This document shows, one piece after another, positions 1 through 9,109 of a DNA stretch of 64,000 nucleotides (positions are counted from its first letter, which is position 1; every line of letters starts with the position of its first letter). A program made the translations under genes and the position numbers. This DNA comes from Obrimoposthia wandeli (lineage: Eukaryota), in contig CDROCS010002814.1 of assembly GCA_977020255.1 (NCBI GenBank), positions 62,001-126,000 of the forward strand, written 5' to 3'. Under the pieces are notes generated by a model that worked only from the letters and a program-made list of their open reading frames with translations, did not search any database and was not told the origin of the DNA.

Positions 1-2051
1 TATCAACAGACGGTGTATTTGGTGTGCCTTTAGGTGTATCAACTAAGTTTGTGTTCTTGTTCGTATTGTTTGGTGCATTGCTAGATAAAGCAGGTGCGGG
101 TAACTATTTTATCAAAATTGCCTTTGCAAGTTTAGGCCATTTACGCGGTGGTCCTGCAAAAGCTGCGGTGGTTGCATCAGCAATGACGGGGCTGATTTCA
201 GGATCTTCTATTGCGAACGTAGTAACCACCGGTACCTTTACGATTCCGATGATGAAGCGGGTGGGCTTTTCTGCTGAAAAGGCAGGTGCGGTTGAGGTTG
301 CATCTTCTGTAAACGGGCAAATCATGCCACCAGTAATGGGTGCGGCGGCTTTCTTAATGGCAACCTCTTTGGATATGGCATATTTTGATGTCGTAACCCA
401 TGCCTTTTTACCCGCATTAATTTCGTATATTGCATTGGTGTATATCGTACATCTAGAGGCGATGAAAGCGAATCTTAAAGGGTTACCACGTCGTAGCGAG
501 CCAAGCCCTTTTTTAGTCTTCATTTTTAAGTTTTTATTGGGCTTTGCTTCAATATCGGCGGTGGGCTTTGCGGTCTATTTTGGCTTAGGTTGGTTGAAAC
601 CTATAGCAGGTGATTCATCAAGCTGGATTGTTGCATTATTGCTAGGCGGCATTTACGTTTACTTAGCGAAAAGCTGCTCGCAATATCCTGATTTAGAAAT
701 TGATGATCCCAACGCACCGATTGTAGAATTGCCTGAATTAGGCCCTACCATCAAATCTGGTTTTCACTACATATTACCGGTTGTAGTGCTCGTTTGGTGC
801 TTGATGGTTGAGCGTTTAAGCCCAGCTTTATCAGCATTTTGGGCAACCGCGTTGATGATCTTCATTTTGTTAACACAGCGTCCTCTGTTTGCTTTTTTTA
901 GAAATAGAAATGATATAAAGGAAAAATTACAGCAAGGGTTTCAGGAGCTAATTGATGGGTTGATCGCCGGTGCTCGCAATATGATTGGTATTGGTATTGC
1001 AACCGCTGCAGCTGGCGTTATCGTTGGCGCCGTATCGCTCACCGGCGTTGGTTTGGTATTAGCAGAGCTTGTCGAAATTATGTCGATGGGTAATGTGATG
1101 CTGATGCTGCTATTAACAGCAGTACTGAGTTTGATACTCGGTATGGGATTACCCACCACCGCAAACTACATTGTTGTGTCCTCATTATTGGCGCCCGTTA
1201 TCGTACAACTAGGCCAACAAAATGGCTTAATAGTGCCTTTAATTGCGGTTCACCTATTTGTGTTTTACTTCGGCATTATGGCAGATGTGACACCTCCGGT
1301 AGGGCTTGCCTCTTTTGCGGCAGCAGCGGTCTCAGGGGGTGATCCGATTAAAACCGGCTTTGTCGCATTCTTCTATAGCTTGCGAACCGCCGCGCTGCCT
1401 TTCCTGTTCATTTTTAACACGGATCTATTACTGATCGATGTGACGTGGCTGGAAGGTATATTTGTCTTTATCGTGGCAACAGTGGCTATTTTAGTGTTTG
1501 CAGCTTCAACACAAGGGTTCTTCTTTGCCAAGAATCGCTGGTATGAATCTGTGTTACTACTCTTGATTGCCTTTACCTTGTTTAGGCCTGGCTATTGGAT
1601 GGATATGGTCTCTCCACGTTATGACGTAGTTGACCCTATTCACCTAGAAGAAACGCTTAAAAGCACACCAGTAGGTCAAGACATGCGCTTTACCGTGTTA
1701 GGTGAAGATGATGCAGGTGGTGAGCGTGAATTCGTCATTATATTGCCAATTGGTGAAGGTGCAACGGCCGCTGAAAAGCTAGAGAGCTCAGGTTTGTTCA
1801 TTATTAAAGATGATGAAGGTAAGTATGTTGTAGATGATGTTGGCTATGAAAGTGTTGCACAATCAGCAGGCCTTGATTTTGATCAGCAAATCTTAAAAGC
1901 TTGGGTGCCGATTGATCATTTGCCGAAACACTTGATGTATATTCCTGCATTATTAGTGTTAGGGCTCATCGTTGTTATTCAACGCAGAAGATACAAGAAT
2001 AGCGACCAAGGCAAGCAAGAAAAAATCCAAGAAGAGCTGAAAACTGCTTAA
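1..2051 (+). CDS. TRAP (TAXI-type) fused 4TM/12TM permease, 5' end outside window
   Basis: Frame is open from base 3 (STDGVFGVPLGVS). Motifs GLISGSSIANVVTTG, GQIMPPVMGAAAF, GMGLPTT and ADVTPPVGLASFAAA are typical of fused DctM-like TAXI permeases; soluble C-terminal extension. Confidence 0.92.
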   Translation, partial: STDGVFGVPLGVSTKFVFLFVLFGALLDKAGAGNYFIKIAFASLGHLRGGPAKAAVVASAMTGLISGSSIANVVTTGTFTIPMMKRVGFSAEKAGAVEVASSVNGQIMPPVMGAAAFLMATSLDMAYFDVVTHAFLPALISYIALVYIVHLEAMKANLKGLPRRSEPSPFLVFIFKFLLGFASISAVGFAVYFGLGWLKPIAGDSSSWIVALLLGGIYVYLAKSCSQYPDLEIDDPNAPIVELPELGPTIKSGFHYILPVVVLVWCLMVERLSPALSAFWATALMIFILLTQRPLFAFFRNRNDIKEKLQQGFQELIDGLIAGARNMIGIGIATAAAGVIVGAVSLTGVGLVLAELVEIMSMGNVMLMLLLTAVLSLILGMGLPTTANYIVVSSLLAPVIVQLGQQNGLIVPLIAVHLFVFYFGIMADVTPPVGLASFAAAAVSGGDPIKTGFVAFFYSLRTAALPFLFIFNTDLLLIDVTWLEGIFVFIVATVAILVFAASTQGFFFAKNRWYESVLLLLIAFTLFRPGYWMDMVSPRYDVVDPIHLEETLKSTPVGQDMRFTVLGEDDAGGEREFVIILPIGEGATAAEKLESSGLFIIKDDEGKYVVDDVGYESVAQSAGLDFDQQILKAWVPIDHLPKHLMYIPALLVLGLIVVIQRRRYKNSDQGKQEKIQEELKTA

Positions 2052-2340
2052 AAATAGCGTTTAAATCGTGTAAATAATGATTTATCTGTTAGTTGTAATC
2101 ATCATTGTTCGGTTTGATTTATGGTGTTCTTTAACACATTTATTTTACGTTAACTACAAGTGTTATTTGGCCTGAAAAATCCAATTAACGATGCTAGAAA
2201 ACCACAAATCAATGAGTAAAGAGTTTACATTTTTTAACCGGACAGCCATGAATTTTAATAAATTGCAATGAGCGTTTTAGGTAATAAGTGCCCGTTGATT
2301 TGACAAGGCACATATTCAGCTTAAAAAATAGGAGATAACA

Positions 2341-2772
2341 ATGTTCAATAAAGTACTAGTGCCTGTTGATTTACAGGACACAGGGTTTTGTTTAAATGCA
2401 CTTAAAGTTGCATTACGTGAAGTGCAGGGAACAGAGAATGAACTGCATTTGATCACTGTTTTACCAGGGTATAATAACAATTTAGTTTCATCATTCTTTA
2501 AAGAAAAAGAGCATAAGCAAGTGCTTCACAAAGCGGCTAAAGTATTAATGGCTTTCTCGAAGGAGAATGTGCCTAGTGACGTAAATCTGAAGATGAAAGT
2601 ATTCGAAGGATCGGCGGCTGAAGAAGTAAACCGTTATGTGCAAAATAATAAGATTCAACTAGTGGTGATGCGTGGTCACCAACGCAGTAAAATAAACGAA
2701 TTCTTACTAGGCTCAGTCTCAGCAAGAGTCGTAGAACGCGCTCACTGTTCAGTGTTTGTGTTAAAAGATTAA
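2341..2772 (+). CDS. Universal stress protein (UspA family, TeaD/UspG-like) downstream of the TRAP permease
   Basis: KVLVPVD N-terminus and FLLGSVSARVVERAHCSVFVLK C-terminus; RBS aggaga upstream. Confidence 0.92.
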   Translation: MFNKVLVPVDLQDTGFCLNALKVALREVQGTENELHLITVLPGYNNNLVSSFFKEKEHKQVLHKAAKVLMAFSKENVPSDVNLKMKVFEGSAAEEVNRYVQNNKIQLVVMRGHQRSKINEFLLGSVSARVVERAHCSVFVLKD

Positions 2773-2785
2773 GTTAGCTATGTCA

Positions 2786-2880
2786 TTAATAGGAAGTTGT
2801 GGTGCTTGGCAGAAGCCGTGAACAAGGCAGAGAAATGCTGAGTATGACAGCCTATATTGTTTAATAAAACTTCCTATTAA
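2786..2880. repeat. 13-bp perfect inverted repeat with 69-bp spacer between convergent genes
   Basis: TTAATAGGAAGTT (2786-2798) and AACTTCCTATTAA (2868-2880). Confidence 0.6.
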
Positions 2881-3974
2881 GCTCTGTTGCTAAATGAATA
2901 GCCCACTAAAAAATGTTTGTCTCCAGGCAAATGATTATCCATAGCTGATTTATTATCGATAGTTTGCCCTTCATAATACTTTGTAAGTTCTTCAAGTTTT
3001 AGTAAGAGTATATTCTGCCAAGACTCTAATATTAGTTTTTTGTGTGGCTCACCGGTTATCATGACTTCGATCTTGGTGCTATCTTGTTTAGATGCTACAA
3101 CATTGATAATAAGCTCTGATGTTGGTGATTTATCTAAACGGCAAATAGCCAGTTCCAAAAGAGAGGTTAGTAAGTTGTCAAACCAATGAGCATCAATATG
3201 AATAACCTGTGGTAATTGAGTATCAATTTCGTAATCAATAATCCAGTTTTCTTGTTTTGCCTGCAGTAAATAGCGACTCACTAATTGATTAAGGTGATTG
3301 TTAACCTCAACGTTAGAGCCTGTAAGCGATAGGATAGGGCGTAATAATTGGTTAATAGTCGCTAATTGATGGCTTTGATCACTTATCTGGTTAATCAAAT
3401 CAGCTACCATCGGTTTGTGATTAAATTGATTAAGTTTATTGGATGAATCGAGTAAAGGCTGAATCTTGGTGTTTAGGTATTGAGATAATCCATCAAGCAA
3501 TAGCGGATTATGCAACGGTGCTCGCTCTACAAGCACTTCGCTTAGCTTTGGCTTCGCATTTAAAATATCTCTAAACGAGCGTAAAGCGACGACGACAGAA
3601 GTTAATAAGCGAGAGGCTGAAAGCTCAGCCTTAGATAAATAATCATTTATATCGTATTGAACGACCACTTCGGTTTCCGGTGCAAAACCTGGATGGCCGG
3701 TTCTCAAAATAATACGAATATCAGTGTTATGCAATTGATCGCGGATAAAGTTGACCAAGTTTAAGCCCGCTTGGTCAGTTTCCATCACCACATCTACAAT
3801 GGCAACGGCAATATCGGTTTCATCTTCGAGAATTTTTTTTGCCTGAGCTGCGCTTAATGCATTGAGTAAATTTATAGGACGATTCTCAAACTCATAATCC
3901 CGAAAAACCATTCGGGTAATACTATGAATACCTTCATCGTCATCAATTATTAAAACTTTCCAAGGTTTTTCCAT
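2877..3974 (-). CDS. Response-regulator receiver domain fused to a degenerate histidine-kinase-like domain
   Basis: Receiver motifs VLIIDDD, IVDVVMET, LRTGHPG and DYLSK are intact. The C-terminal half follows the HisKA/HATPase layout but lacks the H-box His, N-box Asn and G boxes. Confidence 0.75.
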   Translation of the reverse strand: MEKPWKVLIIDDDEGIHSITRMVFRDYEFENRPINLLNALSAAQAKKILEDETDIAVAIVDVVMETDQAGLNLVNFIRDQLHNTDIRIILRTGHPGFAPETEVVVQYDINDYLSKAELSASRLLTSVVVALRSFRDILNAKPKLSEVLVERAPLHNPLLLDGLSQYLNTKIQPLLDSSNKLNQFNHKPMVADLINQISDQSHQLATINQLLRPILSLTGSNVEVNNHLNQLVSRYLLQAKQENWIIDYEIDTQLPQVIHIDAHWFDNLLTSLLELAICRLDKSPTSELIINVVASKQDSTKIEVMITGEPHKKLILESWQNILLLKLEELTKYYEGQTIDNKSAMDNHLPGDKHFLVGYSFSNRA

Positions 3975-4136
3975 TATTTTTGTTTGAATCCTATCGGTTG
4001 TCGTATCAGTTATATTAGCGTTCTACTCATGCTAAGCAAGTATTTTTTTGATCTTCTTTTGTGTGCTCTTATATTAGTCTAATAGTGCGTAGAGCCAGTG
4101 AAATATTAAAAAATGGGCATGAGAATAAATACAGCG

Positions 4137-7100
4137 CTAAGCAAGCCATTTCATTAAATAGTTATTTTTTTTATCAATACACAACGCGCTTAATGCAGGA
4201 TGTTTATCTTTTAATAATTGTGCGTAATAATGATAAAATAAAATTTTGTGATGCAAATGCCCGTGCTGGTTAATGTATACGTAAGCTTTTTCAAAGCGTT
4301 TAATCGCCTGGTCTGCACTTGCGAAGTTGGCATCATAAACAGATTGAACAATAGCGCACTGCACGCTAAAGTTTTCACCTTGTTGTTTTTTCCACATCTT
4401 CAAGCGATTAATATCGGCATCAACTCTCGCTTTAATTAATTCATTGTTTGACGTGGCGCTTATATGATGAATTCGCATTAATGTGCACATAAAAACCGCT
4501 TCTGTTGCTATATACTGGCTGGACGTTTCACTCTCTATTTGAGCATCCCAGTTCTGTAAAAGCGGCCAGAGGCCATAATTAAAACGATACAGTGCGCTAA
4601 AAACATCCCCAAACGCTGTGCTGCTATTGAGAAAATTTGGGATTTTCTTGATGTCTGGCATTGTTTGGATACTGACAATAGTTTTTACAATATTAGCAAG
4701 TGTACTGGTTTGTGAACTATTAGCACAGTGGGAGAATTCTGCTAGAACCTTTTTACATTCAAGGGCTAATGAACTTAAGTTTTCGCCCGTGCATAGCAGT
4801 AGCTGCTTTAATAACACTTGCCTTTCTAGCACGTTTTTCCCAGTTGGCAGTGTATGAGGTTTATCTTGTCGCTGCAAATTGTTAATTGATTGGGCAACAG
4901 GCTCTAGCCAATGATTAACTTTAGTTAATAAGATTAACTCACAGGCAATTAGATGCTGCTCACCATGCTTTTTTGCTAAAAACAAAGCTCTATCGTGGCA
5001 TTTTTTTGCTAACTTGATATCTGCTGTGAACCAGCTGCAAACCCAGGCAAACTGAGCAGTTGCAAATGAAGCGTAATAATAATCACAATGGTTAAGTGTG
5101 ATAGCGAGCATTTGAGAGATAGCACCCGCAGCTTTCAGTGGTAAGTTTTTTTGCAGGCAAATAGTGATGATTTTCTGTAAAATGCTCAGTTGGCTTTTTA
5201 ACCGGAGACTAAGTGTTTCATGTGTTTTGGGTTGAATAAAATCTTGTGGCTGCTGTAAGCAATACTCACCCAGAAATTCGAGCTGTTTTGATATATCGAT
5301 TAGTACTTTGCTTTCAGTATTGATATCTACTGCGATATCACAGTACTTTTCAGCGCTTGTAGTGAGTAGTGCAAGCGCTTCTTCTGTGTTTTCAAATTCA
5401 ACAAATAGCTGTGCTGCTATAATCGCTAGTTCAACGTTTTGAGTAGTTGATAATTCTTCGTTTAATAAATATGAAACCCTGCCTTGGGCCTTTTCTAGAT
5501 AGTTTAGGTCTATCCATACAGCTAACTGCTCTATATATAGCTGAATAGTAACGCTAAAATCGCCTTTACAGCGCTTTGTGCACTTAATTTGTAAGTCATA
5601 TAATGCGTTTAGGTGCGTGTTGCTTTGGGTATTAATACTTTTTATTTGTGAGTCACAGTAAGTGATAATTACTTGTAGGTCTTGCTCGTTTAGCCATTGT
5701 AAATCAATCAGTGAGAAGTGCTTAAACGCTTGGAAGTGATCATTTTGGGCTTGATAGAATATTGCAATGTTAAAGTGCTGCTGGGGTATTTGCTCAATTG
5801 GTGCCTCATTTAACAATAACGAAATAGTCAGTTGCGGCGTGAATCTAATCAAGGCGGTTTTGGGGTCTATATTATCGATATTTTCGATTAGCTGTTGTTG
5901 TTGCGCTGGCCATAAATAAATACTTAATCGAGCAATAGAGTTTTGGCTGATGTGGGCAAGCTGGTCTAAAGTTAATGATCTGTCATTTGTGTGTTGAACT
6001 AGGCCAGCAATGATAAGTAAGTATTTAGAAAAGGTGCTAATGCTAGCGAGTTTTACATTGATTTGCTGGGTTAGCTGCTGCTCACTCATTGCCTTGTGCC
6101 ATAAATCAACAGGCGAACTAATTGTCGCTAGATTCTGGGTATCGATTTGTATCGAAGCTATTTGTTTGCGGTATTGGCTTGGGGAAACTTTCATCCAGCG
6201 TTTAAAGGCTTTTTGAAAAGCAGATAAGTTTGCAAAGCCTAGCTTATAAGCAATTTGGCTAAAGCTACTATTAGGATTACTGACGAGTTGCAAGCAAGTT
6301 TCATGTCGTACTGAATCGTATATCTTTTGAAAGTTACTGTCTTGTGCATTTAACTTACGTTGGAAAGTGCGCAAGCTCATGTTTAAGTTAGTCGCTATTT
6401 GTTCGCGCCTTATCGTAGTGCCTTCATTTCGACCAGTAGTTTGCAGTATATTACGAATTTGATGTTTAGTTTGTGCGATCAGCGCCTTTTTTTGTGAAAA
6501 CTTTATGAGTAATGAATCGGCGTAAGTACGGTGTAGTTGATGCATTTCCGGGTTCGTTTCTGAACAAGTTAGATTCATGTACTGATTATGTATCACAACT
6601 TGATTTAAAGGCTGATTAAAACTCACATCTAACGCTAGCTGTTGCTGGTAGTTAATCGGTTTGTCTAGTAAGAATTTGTAACTGATTGATTGGGCGTGAA
6701 TAGCGCGCCCTGTTAACCATCTTGGCCAGTTTAACAAGCAGCCGATAAAAAACTCGCTCACATGATTACTGTCTTTACTGAAATGTAAGTTTAGAATACA
6801 GTTCTCTTGTTCATGCAAAATCTCTAAATGCACACCTTCATAAATTAATGCAAAGTAATCAGAGAGCATTTGATACGCATCTAATAACGTTTTTGCAGTG
6901 CTCATCACAAAACCAAGAGAGCCTAGTAGTCTAGGTTGCGTTGCTTGTGCAGCAAGTGTGGCAAGTTTGTGATTGCCTGTCGTGCGTATTAAATGCTCCA
7001 TTAGTGCTTCAAATGCCGCCGTAGGGTATCTTTGGCCAGGCGTTTCTAGGGTGCTTTTATCTATGATGCTGTTAACTAGAGCTTTATCTACACTCACCCC

Positions 7101-7178
7101 TTGGTGCTTTGCTAATTGTAACAAGGCGTGAATCAGCTTAATATTGAAGTGAGTGAGTGTCGTGTTATCTTTTGGCAT
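4137..7178 (-). CDS. AraC/XylS regulator (Arabinose_bd_2-type N-terminus + HTH) fused to a ~650 aa helical TPR-like domain
   Basis: About residues 1-340 are a full AraC protein (LNMSLRTFQRKL...QIAYKLGFANLSAFQKAFKRWMKVSPSQYR); the frame stays open for a further ~670 codons. Confidence 0.85.
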   Translation of the reverse strand: MPKDNTTLTHFNIKLIHALLQLAKHQGVSVDKALVNSIIDKSTLETPGQRYPTAAFEALMEHLIRTTGNHKLATLAAQATQPRLLGSLGFVMSTAKTLLDAYQMLSDYFALIYEGVHLEILHEQENCILNLHFSKDSNHVSEFFIGCLLNWPRWLTGRAIHAQSISYKFLLDKPINYQQQLALDVSFNQPLNQVVIHNQYMNLTCSETNPEMHQLHRTYADSLLIKFSQKKALIAQTKHQIRNILQTTGRNEGTTIRREQIATNLNMSLRTFQRKLNAQDSNFQKIYDSVRHETCLQLVSNPNSSFSQIAYKLGFANLSAFQKAFKRWMKVSPSQYRKQIASIQIDTQNLATISSPVDLWHKAMSEQQLTQQINVKLASISTFSKYLLIIAGLVQHTNDRSLTLDQLAHISQNSIARLSIYLWPAQQQQLIENIDNIDPKTALIRFTPQLTISLLLNEAPIEQIPQQHFNIAIFYQAQNDHFQAFKHFSLIDLQWLNEQDLQVIITYCDSQIKSINTQSNTHLNALYDLQIKCTKRCKGDFSVTIQLYIEQLAVWIDLNYLEKAQGRVSYLLNEELSTTQNVELAIIAAQLFVEFENTEEALALLTTSAEKYCDIAVDINTESKVLIDISKQLEFLGEYCLQQPQDFIQPKTHETLSLRLKSQLSILQKIITICLQKNLPLKAAGAISQMLAITLNHCDYYYASFATAQFAWVCSWFTADIKLAKKCHDRALFLAKKHGEQHLIACELILLTKVNHWLEPVAQSINNLQRQDKPHTLPTGKNVLERQVLLKQLLLCTGENLSSLALECKKVLAEFSHCANSSQTSTLANIVKTIVSIQTMPDIKKIPNFLNSSTAFGDVFSALYRFNYGLWPLLQNWDAQIESETSSQYIATEAVFMCTLMRIHHISATSNNELIKARVDADINRLKMWKKQQGENFSVQCAIVQSVYDANFASADQAIKRFEKAYVYINQHGHLHHKILFYHYYAQLLKDKHPALSALCIDKKNNYLMKWLA

Positions 7179-7297
7179 ACAAGGATATACCTATTTGTTT
7201 TTCTTAGTTTGAGTTGTGCATTATAGCGTGCCAACGGATGAATTAAAGCTAGTCGGCTCATAATTTACTATTACTGACAAAATACTAGAGAAGTGAA

Positions 7298-8062
7298 ATG
7301 CTTAATTTGTTCTTCCTATATCAATCCCTAACTAAAAGTAAACTGCTCAAAGGCTGCTTATTTGCTAGCCTGTTATGTGTAATGACACCTGCCATAGGAC
7401 AAAGCATCCTAAGAGTGGGGATGCCAATGCCAGGGCAACCCCCTTTTTTATGGCAAACAGAGCAAGGCTTAGTCACTGGTATTTATGCGGATACACTGCG
7501 AGCAGTCATTAAAGGGTTGCAGCTTAAGTTAGAGTTTATTCCTTTATCTCAAGCACGTTTAGCTAGGTTGTTTGTGGCTGGGGATGTCGATATAGAAATA
7601 GGTGTGCCTTCAAGTATTGAAGAGAGCAGCCTATTGGCAGATGCCTCTATTTTTACCCGCCCTTTTGGTATTGCTAATGAAGTCATTATTTATAATTCGG
7701 ATTTAAGCTTCCCTGCTTTTATATTAAAGGATTTGAAAGGTAAAACGGTGGCGGCCGTAAGAGGGGCAGTAGCGCCAAATTATGTGGTAAGAGAAAACTT
7801 TACCTCTGCTTTACAAATCGCTAAACGCGTAAATAGAGGCTGGAGCCAAGTGGGTTTGATGCGAGAAGCACCAGCGTTGCATTATAAAGCGAGTAACAAC
7901 CTTAATTATCAAATTTCATTACCTTATGAGAGCAACCTAATTAGTTTTAGATTGCACAAAAATCGTAGTGAACTGCTAAGAAAAATGGATCTTAATATAG
8001 AAAAACTCGAGTTGTCGGGGGGCTTAGAAGATATTATCTGTAATTATCTATGCGGTAATTAG
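7298..8062 (+). CDS. Extracellular solute-binding protein, family 3-like
   Basis: Signal peptide; LRVG..PGQPPF, GIYADTL, LEFIPLSQARL and DLKGKTVAAVRG motifs. Confidence 0.8.
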   Translation: MLNLFFLYQSLTKSKLLKGCLFASLLCVMTPAIGQSILRVGMPMPGQPPFLWQTEQGLVTGIYADTLRAVIKGLQLKLEFIPLSQARLARLFVAGDVDIEIGVPSSIEESSLLADASIFTRPFGIANEVIIYNSDLSFPAFILKDLKGKTVAAVRGAVAPNYVVRENFTSALQIAKRVNRGWSQVGLMREAPALHYKASNNLNYQISLPYESNLISFRLHKNRSELLRKMDLNIEKLELSGGLEDIICNYLCGN

Positions 8063-8177
8063 TTTAAAGTCAGCATAAATTAGCATAGCTATTAAAACTT
8101 ATATTCCTTACTCGTAGCCGCTGTGGTTTTAGTAATAATTTTTGTCGGGAAACCAGCTCGACTGCAATCTTTGCTTC

Positions 8178-8610
8178 AATCTTAAACAATCCTATACGCC
8201 AGGGGCTCTAGAATTTGTTCGCGGCTTCTCTAAGTATATGCTTAACAGGGCATTTCTAAGCGTTTTATAATACTGTTGGTCTGTGTACGGCACAAAATAC
8301 TACAAGCATGGGCAAAAAAACTCTGGAATAAAAACACCTTCTTTGGAAAAACCCCTATATGACCTGTTGTTAAGCAGCTTCAAGACTAAAAATCATATTG
8401 AGGTAGCCAGTTAGGAAACCTGGAACTTCTTGGATAGTAAGGGAATTTAAGTGGGTAAATACAATGTGAATGCATAACAGTTTTTGTTTTAGGTTTAATC
8501 ATAAAAAACAATGATAGAAAAATCAATAAACGGGGCCCTCCTAAAGCAAATATCTAAAGAGTTGAATCAGGATAATTTTGTCATAATGAATCTTAAACAA
8601 TCCTATACGC
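8178..8610 (+). repeat. 22-bp perfect direct repeat flanking a 389-bp segment at the 3' end of the PACE gene
   Basis: AATCTTAAACAATCCTATACGC at 8178-8199 and 8589-8610. Confidence 0.85.
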
Positions 8611-9021
8611 TTGCCGGTTTCTTTCTAATAACTCTGCTGCTTTTGTGTATAGCCGGCACCGGAAAAACCACATCATATAACCAGTTAAATGTGAATGCCA
8701 CCAAGCGATAATATAGAACCAAGCGATAATGGGAATAGTGCAAATCAGCATCACTAATTCAAAAAGAGATACATGTAAGAGGCGTGTTTTAAGCGTTCTG
8801 TTGCGTTTGCCTTTGATTTTTATTTCAGCTATATCAAAGAGATAGTTAAAACCATAATTTAAAAGCATAGCAATGATGCTTAAGGTAAAAGACAAGCTAG
8901 CGACAGTCAACAGAGGTTTTGCAGTCATCCATACTACTAAAGGGGTGACTATCAGCAAAGCTAAAAATTCAAATAATAAAGTGTGACGTAAGCGATCGAG
9001 TTTACTTCTCATTTTTCTCAT
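8593..9021 (-). pseudogene. PACE (AceI-family) efflux transporter with internal deletion and frameshift
   Basis: N-terminal RLRHTLLFE...YNY motifs are present. The conserved tail AFTFNWLYDVVFPVP lies in another frame (8603-8698). About 20 codons of TM3/4 appear to be missing, with a 12-bp duplication at the junction (8701-8712 and 8719-8730). Confidence 0.75.
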
Positions 9022-9109
9022 ACTCAGTGGTAATTTGGTATTGAACTAGCGGCTATTCTAACGATAAAATAGATAAATAAAAGTTAGTTTCTATCAGGTA
9101 TTGATATAG

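Noticed and set aside
8511-8711. 66-aa + strand ORF with a hydrophobic stretch ending in Cys (lipoprotein-like)
   Set aside because: Mostly antisense to the PACE tail and spans the repeat junction; no RBS or family support.
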